DNA of 59,649 bases from a virus (IMGVR_UViG_3300008262_000102:1-59649), one strand, 5' to 3'. Positions 9,528 through 19,749 are shown, counted from the stretch's first letter. The notes: generated by a model from the letters alone, not told the origin. Program-made: numbers and translations.

Positions 9528-11033
9528 TTAGGTGTTGGTGTCTGTTGGTGCTACAAAATTGTTAAAATAATCTAAAATTTCTTTATGGGAAACAAACTCA
9601 TTTGTCTGAACGTGTTCGGGGGACGTTAATATGTATGGAACATAGTAATCTTTCATGATATCATAATACTTAGACAAATCTACAAGTCTCAGACCATGTA
9701 ATACCTGCATCCAGCTTCTATCAGTGAACATACTGAAATCAATTTCGGGAGATTTTCCCTGATGTAGTTGTTCTAGAATTACTGCTAATCTTTCTGGAGG
9801 TGGGTAATTCTTTTGAAAGTCTCTCCAAAATTCAGTATCCTGTCGCTTGGTCATGTAGTGTAGATAAACAAATTCTAGTATGTTAGTGTTGCGATCGAGG
9901 CATCGCTTGTTAAGGTCTTCTTCGAACTTGAGGTCAGTGGTATTGAATCCATCACAATTTAAAAAATCAATAACATTCAACGCACTGACCCAAATGTTTG
10001 TGGCTTCCAACGGTTCTAAGAATCCTGCACTTAGTCCAACCGCCATGGAATTTCCCACCTTGGTCTTTTCATATGTGCCTGCTTCGAACTTAAAAATTTT
10101 AGGCACAGTAAGTTGTTGACCAAAAAATTCCTGTGCTTCTTCGAGAGCTTCTTGATCTGAACAGAATTTTGAATTATACACGTACCCGCATCCGTATCTA
10201 CCGTTTACAGGAATTCTCCATATCCAACCATTCTTCATACAGAATGCATCAGTCACTGGTGAAATGTTATTGTCGTGCTCGATGAAAAACGGCATCGCTC
10301 TGTCAAGACCACAGCTGTCTGCATAACTGTTCCATTTGACTTTGTGATGTTTTCCAATTACTAATCGAGCAAATCCTGAACAGTCAAATACAAAGTCGCA
10401 GGCTAATTCACTGTCATCATCTAAAATTATATGGGTAATAATGTTATCACCTCGGAATTCTTTAACTCGTGCATCTATATGATGTATGCCCTTGTTAGCT
10501 GCAAACTTTGATAGATACGTTGCTAATAGCCTTGCATCAAAATGCAAAGAAAACTGTCCGTGATGATTTAAAGGAAACGCATCAAGGGATGAATCTTTGT
10601 CTGTCCAGGTAAATGGTACACGATTTTCCTTTGACATTTTTTCATACACTGATAAATCTTGTGAATCGCTGTCAGCGATAGACGCTTGCAATGACAGCAA
10701 CTTGTCAATCAAGTTTTGATGTACAGGAATTGGATTATGAACTTCGTCTTTGTATATAAAACTATGGAAATAACTTTGTCCGTCGTTGTTCCAGTTGGCA
10801 AAATTAATTCCTAATTTGAATGTGGCCTTGCATTCTCTAATTAAATCTGTGATTGGAATGTCCAACATGTCGAGAATATTTGTTAAGAATGGCACGGAGC
10901 CTTCGCCAGCACCTAAAATACCAATTTCGCCACTTTCTATAAGTGTTACGTCATAGTGTGGATAGAATTTTTTAGCAAATAACGCAGTAAACCAGCCAGC
11001 GGTTCCACCACCGATTATATAAACTTTTTTCAT
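9528..11033 (-). CDS. flavin-dependent halogenase (tryptophan halogenase family)
   Basis: GGGTAG FAD motif, catalytic K in ATFKLGINF, DCSGF, WIWRIP (WxWxIP), GFLEPLEAT. Confidence 0.9.
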   Translation of the reverse strand: MKKVYIIGGGTAGWFTALFAKKFYPHYDVTLIESGEIGILGAGEGSVPFLTNILDMLDIPITDLIRECKATFKLGINFANWNNDGQSYFHSFIYKDEVHNPIPVHQNLIDKLLSLQASIADSDSQDLSVYEKMSKENRVPFTWTDKDSSLDAFPLNHHGQFSLHFDARLLATYLSKFAANKGIHHIDARVKEFRGDNIITHIILDDDSELACDFVFDCSGFARLVIGKHHKVKWNSYADSCGLDRAMPFFIEHDNNISPVTDAFCMKNGWIWRIPVNGRYGCGYVYNSKFCSDQEALEEAQEFFGQQLTVPKIFKFEAGTYEKTKVGNSMAVGLSAGFLEPLEATNIWVSALNVIDFLNCDGFNTTDLKFEEDLNKRCLDRNTNILEFVYLHYMTKRQDTEFWRDFQKNYPPPERLAVILEQLHQGKSPEIDFSMFTDRSWMQVLHGLRLVDLSKYYDIMKDYYVPYILTSPEHVQTNEFVSHKEILDYFNNFVAPTDTNT

Positions 11034-11041
11034 GCAATTAT

Positions 11042-12124
11042 TTATATGCTGTATTTTTGCATAATTTTTTTATAAACCTCAGGCTGTGCAGCTTTGGGAG
11101 CGCACAGTCCGCACCAGCAACTGGATTTATCACAGATAATATCTGGCAACGTGTTAGTTTCCAATTTTTGTTTGAGATCTTTTAATAATGCTTCACTGTT
11201 TTTGAGATACCCTAACACTCCGACTTTGCTGTCTAGGTTCATTCTACAGTCTTTATTAGTGAAAATTTCTCCAGTTGTTTGCCTTATGTACAGAAAGAAT
11301 CGATTAACTGAACAGGTCCAACCTTTGAATCTATTGTTTTTAATATAGGTAGTACCGCTGTCAACATCAGTACACAGTGTTTCGCCGCCACAACAGGCCC
11401 GACCCTTGGATGACAAATCAATACCGTTTTTAAAAAAAGATATTACCTTAGTGGTCATTGATACCTGTTTGGTTCCGGTTAGGAATTCAGATTGTTCGGG
11501 AGTGTAATTGAATTTAAAATTGGTCCACCCGTGATCTAGTTGGCGTGTGATATATTTCACATCGTTATTTTTACACCACTCAATTTGATCTAAACATACT
11601 TGCCATTTTTTAGGGTGCATGAGTACAGACACTTGGAAATTTTTATTGCTGTCTTTTAAATATTTCACATTTTGCCTAAACATATCCTGCTGCTTTACAA
11701 GGCTCTCGGAATGAAAACTCATGGTAAAGTAATCGACTAGGTCTGCAATTTTTTTCCAACGCTCTGGACTGGTTATGCCATTAGTAATTAAACCAATGTT
11801 AAGATTCCAATTATGATACAACGACTTTTTACTTTTTATATATTCAAGTATTTCTAAAATATGAGGATGGAAAATACTTTCTCCACCTTGTATATTCAAT
11901 GTAGCGAATCTAATATGATCCGGACGTGAACACATGTATAAATTCAAGTACTCCACAATAAAATCAACGGTGCTGAGACTGTCTTCCAAGCTAGGATGAT
12001 CTTGGCTGTTGTCATGACCGTCACCGCAGTAACTACAATCCAGATTGCATTTTAATGTAGATTCCCATGCTACCTGGAAAGAGTTATGAGAATTAGTTTG
12101 ATCTATGTAGTTGAAGTCGGGCAC
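11042..12124 (-). CDS. radical SAM protein with C-terminal Cys cluster (paralog of 19746)
   Basis: CNLDCSYC, GGE, C-terminal CxxxxCxCGLCxPK. Confidence 0.9.
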   Translation of the reverse strand: MPDFNYIDQTNSHNSFQVAWESTLKCNLDCSYCGDGHDNSQDHPSLEDSLSTVDFIVEYLNLYMCSRPDHIRFATLNIQGGESIFHPHILEILEYIKSKKSLYHNWNLNIGLITNGITSPERWKKIADLVDYFTMSFHSESLVKQQDMFRQNVKYLKDSNKNFQVSVLMHPKKWQVCLDQIEWCKNNDVKYITRQLDHGWTNFKFNYTPEQSEFLTGTKQVSMTTKVISFFKNGIDLSSKGRACCGGETLCTDVDSGTTYIKNNRFKGWTCSVNRFFLYIRQTTGEIFTNKDCRMNLDSKVGVLGYLKNSEALLKDLKQKLETNTLPDIICDKSSCWCGLCAPKAAQPEVYKKIMQKYSI

Positions 12125-12141
12125 AAGATTTGCTTATAAAA

Positions 12142-12825
12142 TCAGTGATTAACTGTTAAATTATCAGCCATAGGAAAGATTGTGGCGATGGCCTTGGCAC
12201 AGGCAACAGCTACCAGCTGATGTTCTTTCTGTGTGCCATTTGCCGAACGCAGTTCAATGAAGTGTATCCATGAACGCAGTGTGCCATTCATATACAAGCG
12301 GCTCACTGTGTTGCCTTCTGGTAATACTACACGAGCTTGTTCTTTGGCTATGCCTTTAGACACAGCCCATTCGTATGTTGACTTTGCAAGTTCAATGAGC
12401 TCTCGTTGTCTACGAGACCATTCTTCTTGTAACATTGTATCACCAATTGTTGGTTCCAACTCGACTGAGTTTTGTCTGTTCTTTGGATCTTGCTTTCGTG
12501 CTTCTCTAACCACAAACGAGAGATCTTTAGTAGGGTCAGCATATCGCTGGCTGAACTCTTGGAAGGCAAAGCTTCTGTGACGCAGGATCTGTCTGGCGAT
12601 ATCTCTAGTTGTGGTGATTTCAACGCAGGCTGAAACCATTTCCAAGGGACTCCAGTGTGCGTGTTTAACAAGATATCGTATAAGCTTCTCTGATGTCTCT
12701 GTATTGAGCTGGTTGCTTGGGTTGCTGACACGGGCGCAATACGCAATGAGTTCCTGCGCATCGTCGATGCCAAGGTCTGCAAATTCTGCGGTGGGCTGAC
12801 TATAGGATAAGAGTTTAACATTCAT
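12142..12825 (-). CDS. thyX: FAD-dependent thymidylate synthase
   Basis: HWSPLE, RQILRHRSFAFQEFSQRY, EQARVVLP motifs. Confidence 0.95.
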   Translation of the reverse strand: MNVKLLSYSQPTAEFADLGIDDAQELIAYCARVSNPSNQLNTETSEKLIRYLVKHAHWSPLEMVSACVEITTTRDIARQILRHRSFAFQEFSQRYADPTKDLSFVVREARKQDPKNRQNSVELEPTIGDTMLQEEWSRRQRELIELAKSTYEWAVSKGIAKEQARVVLPEGNTVSRLYMNGTLRSWIHFIELRSANGTQKEHQLVAVACAKAIATIFPMADNLTVNH

Positions 12826-13320
12826 TTAGGTTTCTTTCAAAATTTTCATTAGTTTTTCTTTTTCAAGAAGGTCTCGTTCCAGTTCTACATACTGCTCACG
12901 TAATTCCTGAAGTTGTTTCCAGCGTGACTCTAATTCCGGATTGGGTGTAAGGATAGCCAGTCGCTGTTCAATCTTGTCTATAGCTTCACTGAGACTCTTA
13001 CCTCCGATTTTGATATCAGCACCCTTCTTCATAGTTAACCCATCGGCATCTATATGCACAGTAGTAGGATTACTATTGATCGTATACCCCGCAGTACCGT
13101 TGGTGGTGTAGACATAAGGAGTAGTAATACTACCCGAGGTAATACCAACATTCGAAGTAAACGTACTAGGATCGAGGGTGATAGTGTCTGTGCCCATACT
13201 GGTTCCTATGTTATAGGAAGACCAATTTGGCACAGCACCATACCCACCAATGGTGCCAGCCGCACCACTGCCAACGAAGACAGTGTCCTGATTATGCTGA
13301 CTTTGCTTCTTTGCGGGCAT
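12826..13320 (-). CDS. hypothetical protein (Gly/Thr-rich N-terminus, coiled-coil C-terminus)
   Basis: 164-aa ORF. Confidence 0.6.
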   Translation of the reverse strand: MPAKKQSQHNQDTVFVGSGAAGTIGGYGAVPNWSSYNIGTSMGTDTITLDPSTFTSNVGITSGSITTPYVYTTNGTAGYTINSNPTTVHIDADGLTMKKGADIKIGGKSLSEAIDKIEQRLAILTPNPELESRWKQLQELREQYVELERDLLEKEKLMKILKET

Positions 13321-13486
13321 TTTTTTCTTCGGTGATTTCGTTGCGGCGAGCTTTAACTGCCTTACCTACTTCCTGAAGAGCTTTGCGGGCACGAGTTCCT
13401 GCGGCGTTATTACCTGCGGCAAATTTAGCATCCTCTGATAGAAACGCTTCCATTGCTGCTTTTAATTGTTCTACTGTGTTTGACAT
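13292..13486 (-). CDS. histone H1-like (Hc1/HctA-type) DNA-binding protein
   Basis: KFAAGNNAAGTRARKALQEVGKAVKARRNEI motif; start MSNTVE with SD AAGGA. Confidence 0.75.
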   Translation of the reverse strand: MSNTVEQLKAAMEAFLSEDAKFAAGNNAAGTRARKALQEVGKAVKARRNEITEEKNARKEAKSA

Positions 13487-13514
13487 GTTTTTTCCTTTGG
13501 TTAATGTTACTGCT

Positions 13515-14285
13515 TCATCCGGTTCTGATATGATTAATAAACCACCCAATCAAATCCCATTCTTTGGGACTTTTTTGAGTCGTATAACTACCAGCAGCCC
13601 CGTGATGATTGTTATGCCAACCTTCTCCTAAACTGATCAGGTTAGCTATCCAGCTGTTTGTGCTGAAATCTTTGGTGTCATAATTACGATACCCATGACT
13701 GTGACCTAACACATTTACCACACTTGTGGTGTTAAGTGCAATTGTAGCAGGTAAAGAATATAAAAACAACCCCATTATTGGATCTATGAAAAATAAAATA
13801 GTTACCGGTATCAATAACAATTTAAAATAGTTATCGTGAATCCATCTTTGAAACTGGTTTCTTGAAAGATCTTTTACATAGCTGATTGGAATTTTAACTT
13901 TAGGGGAGCCGTATCCAGTCCACACAGATAAAATACCTCTGAACGATAATTTTCCATTTCGATAAGAGCTGTGTGGGTCATTGGCTTGATCGGAAAATCC
14001 GTGATGTGATCGGTGTACAGCTACCCATGCAATCGGAGAACCTACTGTAGCGTATATACTTGTGATAGATAGAATTTTTTCTATAACCGGAGTTGTTGTA
14101 AACGACCGATGACTGAGTAATCTATGTAAGCCGACACTGATGCCAATAGGACAGAAAATCACAAACATCAAATACGAAAGTATCAGTAGATATAGTGGCC
14201 CAGTGGTCACCGCATAATAGATCGCAAATACAGACAACAACAAGTTGATGAATTGTATAGTTCTAATTTTTTGATTGGTAGTCAT
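13515..14285 (-). CDS. membrane fatty-acid (delta-9-type) desaturase
   Basis: His boxes HRLLSH, HRSHH and GEGWHNNHH plus transmembrane segments. Confidence 0.9.
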   Translation of the reverse strand: MTTNQKIRTIQFINLLLSVFAIYYAVTTGPLYLLILSYLMFVIFCPIGISVGLHRLLSHRSFTTTPVIEKILSITSIYATVGSPIAWVAVHRSHHGFSDQANDPHSSYRNGKLSFRGILSVWTGYGSPKVKIPISYVKDLSRNQFQRWIHDNYFKLLLIPVTILFFIDPIMGLFLYSLPATIALNTTSVVNVLGHSHGYRNYDTKDFSTNSWIANLISLGEGWHNNHHGAAGSYTTQKSPKEWDLIGWFINHIRTG

Positions 14286-14896
14286 GCTCCCTCTGATAAC
14301 TCTTGCCATTGATCGTGAGATAATATTGTGGGGTTCCATTCATCAAACAATCCTGCTCTTTGTTCATAGTAGACAAAATTTTGCCAACATTGTTGAACCA
14401 TCCACGGACAGGTTTGTATATATCCTTCTGGCTCGACCCACATGTTATTACTGGACTCACGCATCATCTTTTTCCAAAGATTCCACCAACCCTTGCCGCC
14501 TCGATTTCGATTCTGCATGGTAATGATATACAAGTCGTAATGATTTATATCTATCAACGGCTTTACAATTCTCTCGTGATGTAGTTTATAAGACTCGACC
14601 ATGTTGTGCCTACTGCATCTAAATTCAGGAAACAGGTAAAGTCGATTGGCCATGCGGGCGACATTATTTGGAAATTTTCCGTTGTTATAAACACCTGCCA
14701 TGATGATAGGTTTGTCAGTGGCCTTTTGGTAAACAACCACGTACCCGCTGTGATCTTTTATGATGAGTTTTTCTTTTGTATAGTTTTGTCGCAGCCAGTT
14801 ATCTTCTTCCAAGCAAATAGATCTTACTCGTTCGAATTCATCACAGGTATCATGATAGATAACATGGTATGTGTTTTCGTATGAAAAAACGCTCAA
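14282..14896 (-). CDS. hypothetical protein (possibly acyltransferase/GNAT-like)
   Basis: 204-aa ORF coupled to the desaturase by an ATGA overlap. Confidence 0.5.
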   Translation of the reverse strand: MSVFSYENTYHVIYHDTCDEFERVRSICLEEDNWLRQNYTKEKLIIKDHSGYVVVYQKATDKPIIMAGVYNNGKFPNNVARMANRLYLFPEFRCSRHNMVESYKLHHERIVKPLIDINHYDLYIITMQNRNRGGKGWWNLWKKMMRESSNNMWVEPEGYIQTCPWMVQQCWQNFVYYEQRAGLFDEWNPTILSHDQWQELSEGA

Positions 14897-14912
14897 ACTA
14901 TATCCCTTATAT

Positions 14913-15019
14913 TGGTGTGGTCGGTAGGATTCGAACCTACAAAGCGATGTCTAAGACGTTGCCCTTACCCAAATGCGTTTCACAACGGACCGGAGGTATG
15001 CCATTCCACTCACGACCAC
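14913..15019 (-). ncRNA. tRNA-like RNA with acceptor stem, CCA, D and T arms but no canonical anticodon loop
   Basis: GUGGUCG/CGACCAC-A-CCA; T arm GUAGG-UUCGAAU-CCUAC; D loop GGAAUGGCAUA; centre CGUU-GUGA-AACG plus a long variable arm; 107 nt. Confidence 0.65.
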
Positions 15020-15025
15020 TCATAC

Positions 15026-15054
15026 AGTATATAACCGTAAACGCAAAAGGTCAA
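15026..15054 (-). promoter_or_regulatory. sigma70-type promoter TTGACC-17-TATACT for the tRNA-like RNA
   Basis: -10 box ends 6 nt upstream of the RNA 5' end. Confidence 0.7.
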
Positions 15055-15082
15055 GCATTTTGTAGTTAAATACTGTCAGAAT

Positions 15083-16108
15083 ATGACGCACGACTTTACC
15101 AAGATACCTTTTGACCGCATAGTAAGATTTGGACAACGTACCATGCTGGACAGGCCACTGTTTAGTATCAGTTGGATTCTGGGACGCTTCTGTAACTACA
15201 ACTGTTCATACTGCTGGCCGTATGCCCGCAGTGATAAAATTGATTATCAACCATTTGAAGTATATACCAATGCCATAGATGAAATCAAATCACAGGCACG
15301 GGCTAATGGATTCAATGAGTTTCACTGGAGTTTCTCAGGCGGGGAGCCTACTGCTTATAAACAGCTGCCCCAACTCATGCGGTATATGCAAGACGATCTT
15401 CAAAGTCCGTACCAGAGCATACACATGACCACTAATCTTTCACCCGGATCTAAGTGGTGGAACACATGGTGTGCCAACACAGACATGGTACAACGTCGCA
15501 GTATCACAGCCAGCTTTCATGCAGAATTTGCCAAGGAGCAGGAGTTCGGAGACAAATGCCTGCAATTGATCTACGAGCGAGTACATGTCACAATAAATCA
15601 AGTAATGGTGCCTGACCAATTTTGGTCTTTGTATGAACGCTGCCAACGATTCCATGCTCGTGGAATTAATGTGACACTGAAACCTCAGAGTGATCCTACT
15701 GCCAGCGGCATTGTTCAAGGATACACTGATGAAATGATACACATCATGCAGACAGGGTTTCCACAGCAGTCAATAGACGGAGAACTTTATCAAATAGCTT
15801 TATATGATGACACCGGCGCAGAATATCTTTTTGATCAAGCAGAGAGATTTAATGCATTTGGATTTAATAAGTTTCAAGAATGGACTTGCAATAGCGGATA
15901 TCAAAGTGTTATAATAAGAAGTAACGAAGTGAAACGATCGTATAGCTGTCACGATCAGCCCTTGGGAACATTGACTCAGGGATTTAAATTGTTTAATAGT
16001 CCACAGAATTGTGAGACTGCCAATTGCGTGAGTTCGGCAGATTCTAAGATCCCAAAATGGAAAAATATACATTTTGCAAACAACAATGAAAAGAATAAAT
16101 CTATCTAA
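15083..16108 (+). CDS. radical SAM protein
   Basis: CNYNCSYC, SGGEPT, C-terminal Cys (twitch-like). Confidence 0.9.
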   Translation: MTHDFTKIPFDRIVRFGQRTMLDRPLFSISWILGRFCNYNCSYCWPYARSDKIDYQPFEVYTNAIDEIKSQARANGFNEFHWSFSGGEPTAYKQLPQLMRYMQDDLQSPYQSIHMTTNLSPGSKWWNTWCANTDMVQRRSITASFHAEFAKEQEFGDKCLQLIYERVHVTINQVMVPDQFWSLYERCQRFHARGINVTLKPQSDPTASGIVQGYTDEMIHIMQTGFPQQSIDGELYQIALYDDTGAEYLFDQAERFNAFGFNKFQEWTCNSGYQSVIIRSNEVKRSYSCHDQPLGTLTQGFKLFNSPQNCETANCVSSADSKIPKWKNIHFANNNEKNKSI

Positions 16109-16712
16109 TGATACTGTGGTAGACATACCAGATGGCCCTATTGGTATCAGTTGCTCTGGCGGCGTAGATAGTTCTCTATTGCTGTACATCCTTATGGCAA
16201 ATTGCACAGACACTATACACGTTTTTACTCTCTCAAACGACCGCAAGGGTCGGGCCAATGCAGTTATAGTTCCTAAAGTTATTGAACGATGCATTCAGCT
16301 CACTGGTAATTTAAATGTCATACAACATTCTTATTATGCAGCAGATCAAATAGAAAATACATTGTTTGATGTTCCGCGTGAGTATCTAAAAAACAAAACT
16401 ATCAACTGCATCTTTTTTGCAATCACGGCAAACCCACCCGCTGACGTGGTCTTTGCTGCACAAGGTTCAGAGCACAGTAATAGAGATCCGCTGACAATCA
16501 AAAAAGAAATCGAACACAACGGGTTTCTGTACCAACCGTTTGTAAACAAAGATAAAAAAACGATTGCAGAAATTTATAAACAATTGAATTTAATGGAAGC
16601 ACTATTTCCTGTAACACGTAGCTGTGAACAGGTAGGGAAATTAGAGTACTACGACCATTGCGGCAAATGTTGGTGGTGTGAAGAAAGACAATGGGGGTTT
16701 GGTCGTGTCTGA
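16086..16712 (+). CDS. QueC-like PP-loop ATPase (7-cyano-7-deazaguanine synthase family)
   Basis: SCSGGVDS PP-loop; TRSC...CGKCWWC Zn site. Confidence 0.7.
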   Translation: MKRINLSNDTVVDIPDGPIGISCSGGVDSSLLLYILMANCTDTIHVFTLSNDRKGRANAVIVPKVIERCIQLTGNLNVIQHSYYAADQIENTLFDVPREYLKNKTINCIFFAITANPPADVVFAAQGSEHSNRDPLTIKKEIEHNGFLYQPFVNKDKKTIAEIYKQLNLMEALFPVTRSCEQVGKLEYYDHCGKCWWCEERQWGFGRV

Positions 16713-18090
16713 TAAAGTTAAAAAATTTATTGAAATAGTAGAAAAGAAAACAGGTACTTCTACTTTTTGTGTGTTACCATGGATACACGTAGCCACACGC
16801 CCCAACGGCGATGCGAGATTGTGCTGTGGATCAAACGCCAGTCAGGCCACTAACGGCATCATGGACGCAGGCCTAGTAAAGAAAGAAGACGGTATTCCTG
16901 CAAATTTTGGCAAAGAGACCCTGCAGAGTGCATGGAATAACAAGTACATGCGAACAGTTAGAACTACCATGCTTGATGGAAATATTCCATCTAGTTGCTC
17001 TAAGTGTTTTGAAGAAGAATCAAAAGGTATTGTTAGCAAGCGTGTGTGGGAAACCTACTACTGGCACGAAGAAGGCACCGACCTTGCACAGTTAGTCAGA
17101 GATACAGAAGCCAACGGAGTAGTTCCACCGATGATACGGTATCTCGATCTGCGACTTGGTCATAACTGCAACTTAAAATGTGTAATGTGTACTCCGCACG
17201 ACAGCAGTAGATGGACGCAAGACTACGACAAACTGATCTCTAAAACAAAGAGTCCTATAATTCTACAACAGATTAATTGGGACAAAGACACGTTTGATAA
17301 CCAATGGTATGAAAAGCCGGAGCTCTGGGAAGAAATTTTTCAGCAGATTCCTAACATACAACAATTGTATTTTGCTGGCGGCGAGCCTTTGATGATCAAA
17401 GAGCATAGAAAGTTCTTAGAGGAGATCATTCGCAGAGGACATGCTGGCAATATCACAGTCCGATACAATTCCAACGGTGTGTTGGTTGACGATGACATCA
17501 TTGAAATATGGTCTAAGTTTCGAGAAGTTAGGTTTGCTTTCAGTATAGACGCTGTAGGTGATCGTAATCACTACATTCGATATCCTGTGAGTTGGGCAGA
17601 AACTGAAGCGGCATTAGAAAAACTCGATAATACACCAGACAATATCAAAGTAGGCATTGCCTGCGCTGTGCAAATTTTCAATATCAAACATATCATAGAC
17701 TTTGCCAAATGGAAAATACAAAAGAACTTTAAGAAAATAAACTTCTTTGAAGTATTTGGGATTCAAGCCGGCGGCGGCCTACTAAACATGCATATGCTTT
17801 ATATTCCTACCTTTCTTTCAGCACGTATTCTTTCTAAAGAAGATAAGATACAGTTGAGAAAAGATTTTGAGGAATTCAAACAATGGTTGTGGGACAACTA
17901 TAGACAGGATGACGACTTCTGGAAACACAATCCCAATGGGTGGAATCGTTGGGAAAGTATTTTAAAATTTGTAGAGGCTGAAGACCATACACAGCTGTTG
18001 CCGGATTTTAAAGAATATGTCAATAATCTAGACGGTATACGACAAACAAACGCCAAAGAGGTATTTCCGGAATTGGCACATTTACTATGA
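16705..18090 (+). CDS. radical SAM protein with N-terminal SPASM/twitch-like domain
   Basis: CVLPW...CC...CSKC domain followed by CNLKCVMC and AGGEP. Confidence 0.9.
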   Translation: MSDKVKKFIEIVEKKTGTSTFCVLPWIHVATRPNGDARLCCGSNASQATNGIMDAGLVKKEDGIPANFGKETLQSAWNNKYMRTVRTTMLDGNIPSSCSKCFEEESKGIVSKRVWETYYWHEEGTDLAQLVRDTEANGVVPPMIRYLDLRLGHNCNLKCVMCTPHDSSRWTQDYDKLISKTKSPIILQQINWDKDTFDNQWYEKPELWEEIFQQIPNIQQLYFAGGEPLMIKEHRKFLEEIIRRGHAGNITVRYNSNGVLVDDDIIEIWSKFREVRFAFSIDAVGDRNHYIRYPVSWAETEAALEKLDNTPDNIKVGIACAVQIFNIKHIIDFAKWKIQKNFKKINFFEVFGIQAGGGLLNMHMLYIPTFLSARILSKEDKIQLRKDFEEFKQWLWDNYRQDDDFWKHNPNGWNRWESILKFVEAEDHTQLLPDFKEYVNNLDGIRQTNAKEVFPELAHLL

Positions 18091-18680
18091 TGATTGATAC
18101 AGAACATTTACATCATTGGATGCAGGCCATACGGCAAAGTCCAGACCCTATGCGTACCATGGATGCTTTTTGGTCTGGGCAACTCAAGAGCAAAGAATGG
18201 CTGATTACAAACCTACGTAAGAATGTCAACAAATTTGTTAGTATAGATATCCACGGTGGGTGGGTAGGAGTATTGGCCAGTATGTTGTTTCAAAGCGATA
18301 TCTATATTACAAATATTCGCAGTGTTGACATTGACCCTACATGTGAACCTATTGCCACAATGATGAATAAGAAAGAGGAAATGGCTGGCAAATTCCGTGC
18401 AGTGACCGCAGACATGTGTGCCATTCGCAGTGATGCTGACGTTGTTATCAACACCAGCTGCGAACATATCACACAGGAACAATATGATCTTTGGTTAAGC
18501 GGCATGCCTTATAATACTTTATTGGTGTTACAGAGTAACAATTACGATATTCTAGAACATGTAAGAATTGCCAACGACCTCGACGAGTTTAAAACACAGT
18601 CTAAAATCAATGTGTTATGGGCAGGCGAATTAGAATTACCTCTATACAAAAGATTTATGATTATAGGACGCAATGTTTAA
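18087..18680 (+). CDS. class I SAM-dependent methyltransferase
   Basis: IHGGWVG, SVDID, INTSCEH. Confidence 0.75.
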   Translation: MMIDTEHLHHWMQAIRQSPDPMRTMDAFWSGQLKSKEWLITNLRKNVNKFVSIDIHGGWVGVLASMLFQSDIYITNIRSVDIDPTCEPIATMMNKKEEMAGKFRAVTADMCAIRSDADVVINTSCEHITQEQYDLWLSGMPYNTLLVLQSNNYDILEHVRIANDLDEFKTQSKINVLWAGELELPLYKRFMIIGRNV

Positions 18681-19749
18681 GTTTAACGAATTAAAAACAG
18701 TTCATTTAGAGATCAGCACACGTTGCCAAGCAGCCTGTCCTATGTGTCCTCGCAACTATAAAGGTGGATTAGAGAATCCCAACTTAAAGATAGCTGACTG
18801 GACCTATGACGACTTTGTAACGATCTTTGATAAAGAGACGTTGGCACAGTTAGAAGGAGTGTACTTCTGTGGTAACTTCGGAGATCCCATGATGAATAAC
18901 GATCTCATCCCCATGTGTCGGTATCTCAAAGATAATGCTCCACATATTGATTTAAGAATTCACACCAACGGCGGCGCAAGAAGTGCAGTTTGGTGGAATG
19001 ATTTATATTCCGCAATGCCGGAAAAACATGTTGTGGTGTTTGCGCTTGACGGATTAGAAGATACACATCACTTGTATCGAGTAGGCACTATGTATGAACG
19101 TGTGGTACACAATGCCAAATTGTTTATTGATGCTGGTGGCATAGCAGAATGGGTGTTTATTAAATTCAAACACAACGAGCATCAAGTAGAGGAAGCAGAA
19201 TCGAGATCAAAACGATTGGGATTTCAACGTTTCACTGTTAAGAATACTATTAGATTTATCGGGGAATTAAAATTTGCTGTGCTGGATAAAGAAGGTGATA
19301 CACTCTATTATCTAGAGCCCCCGACTACCAATCAAGTAACACTAATAGATGCCGAAACCATTAAGAACTTTAAAAAATGGTACTCAGAAACTTCAGTTGA
19401 TTGTTATGCATTATCTAAAAAAGAAATTTACATAGACGCACACAAGAATGTGTTTCCTTGTTGCTTTCTTGCATCAGCACCTTACAATCACAGCAGCTCT
19501 CAAAGTATCGTAGCCGATATTAAAAAACAAATCTTAGATCAATATTATGAACTTGTAACTGATCTAGGCGGCATTGAAAGTCTAAATGCAGTGGATCGAG
19601 GAATCAAAGGCATCATCGACGACGATAAATGGCAACAGGTATGGGAGCCATATTGGACTGACAAGAAATTAATAACCTGCGCTAGAGTCTGCGGTGTAAA
19701 CGATCTTTCTAAGCCCAATGATCAGTTTGTCACAAGGGTGACCAATTGA
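18673..19749 (+). CDS. radical SAM protein
   Basis: CQAACPMC, CGNFGDP, PCC...CARVC. Confidence 0.9.
   Translation: MFKFNELKTVHLEISTRCQAACPMCPRNYKGGLENPNLKIADWTYDDFVTIFDKETLAQLEGVYFCGNFGDPMMNNDLIPMCRYLKDNAPHIDLRIHTNGGARSAVWWNDLYSAMPEKHVVVFALDGLEDTHHLYRVGTMYERVVHNAKLFIDAGGIAEWVFIKFKHNEHQVEEAESRSKRLGFQRFTVKNTIRFIGELKFAVLDKEGDTLYYLEPPTTNQVTLIDAETIKNFKKWYSETSVDCYALSKKEIYIDAHKNVFPCCFLASAPYNHSSSQSIVADIKKQILDQYYELVTDLGGIESLNAVDRGIKGIIDDDKWQQVWEPYWTDKKLITCARVCGVNDLSKPNDQFVTRVTN

Noticed and set aside
119-14884. Plus-strand ORFs in the left arm (e.g. 119, 443, 1091, 1408, 4673, 5093, 12233)
   Set aside because: Antisense shadows of well-supported minus-strand genes, with no SD or motifs
14869-15069. 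66-aa plus-strand ORF
   Set aside because: Antisense to the tRNA-like RNA and its promoter
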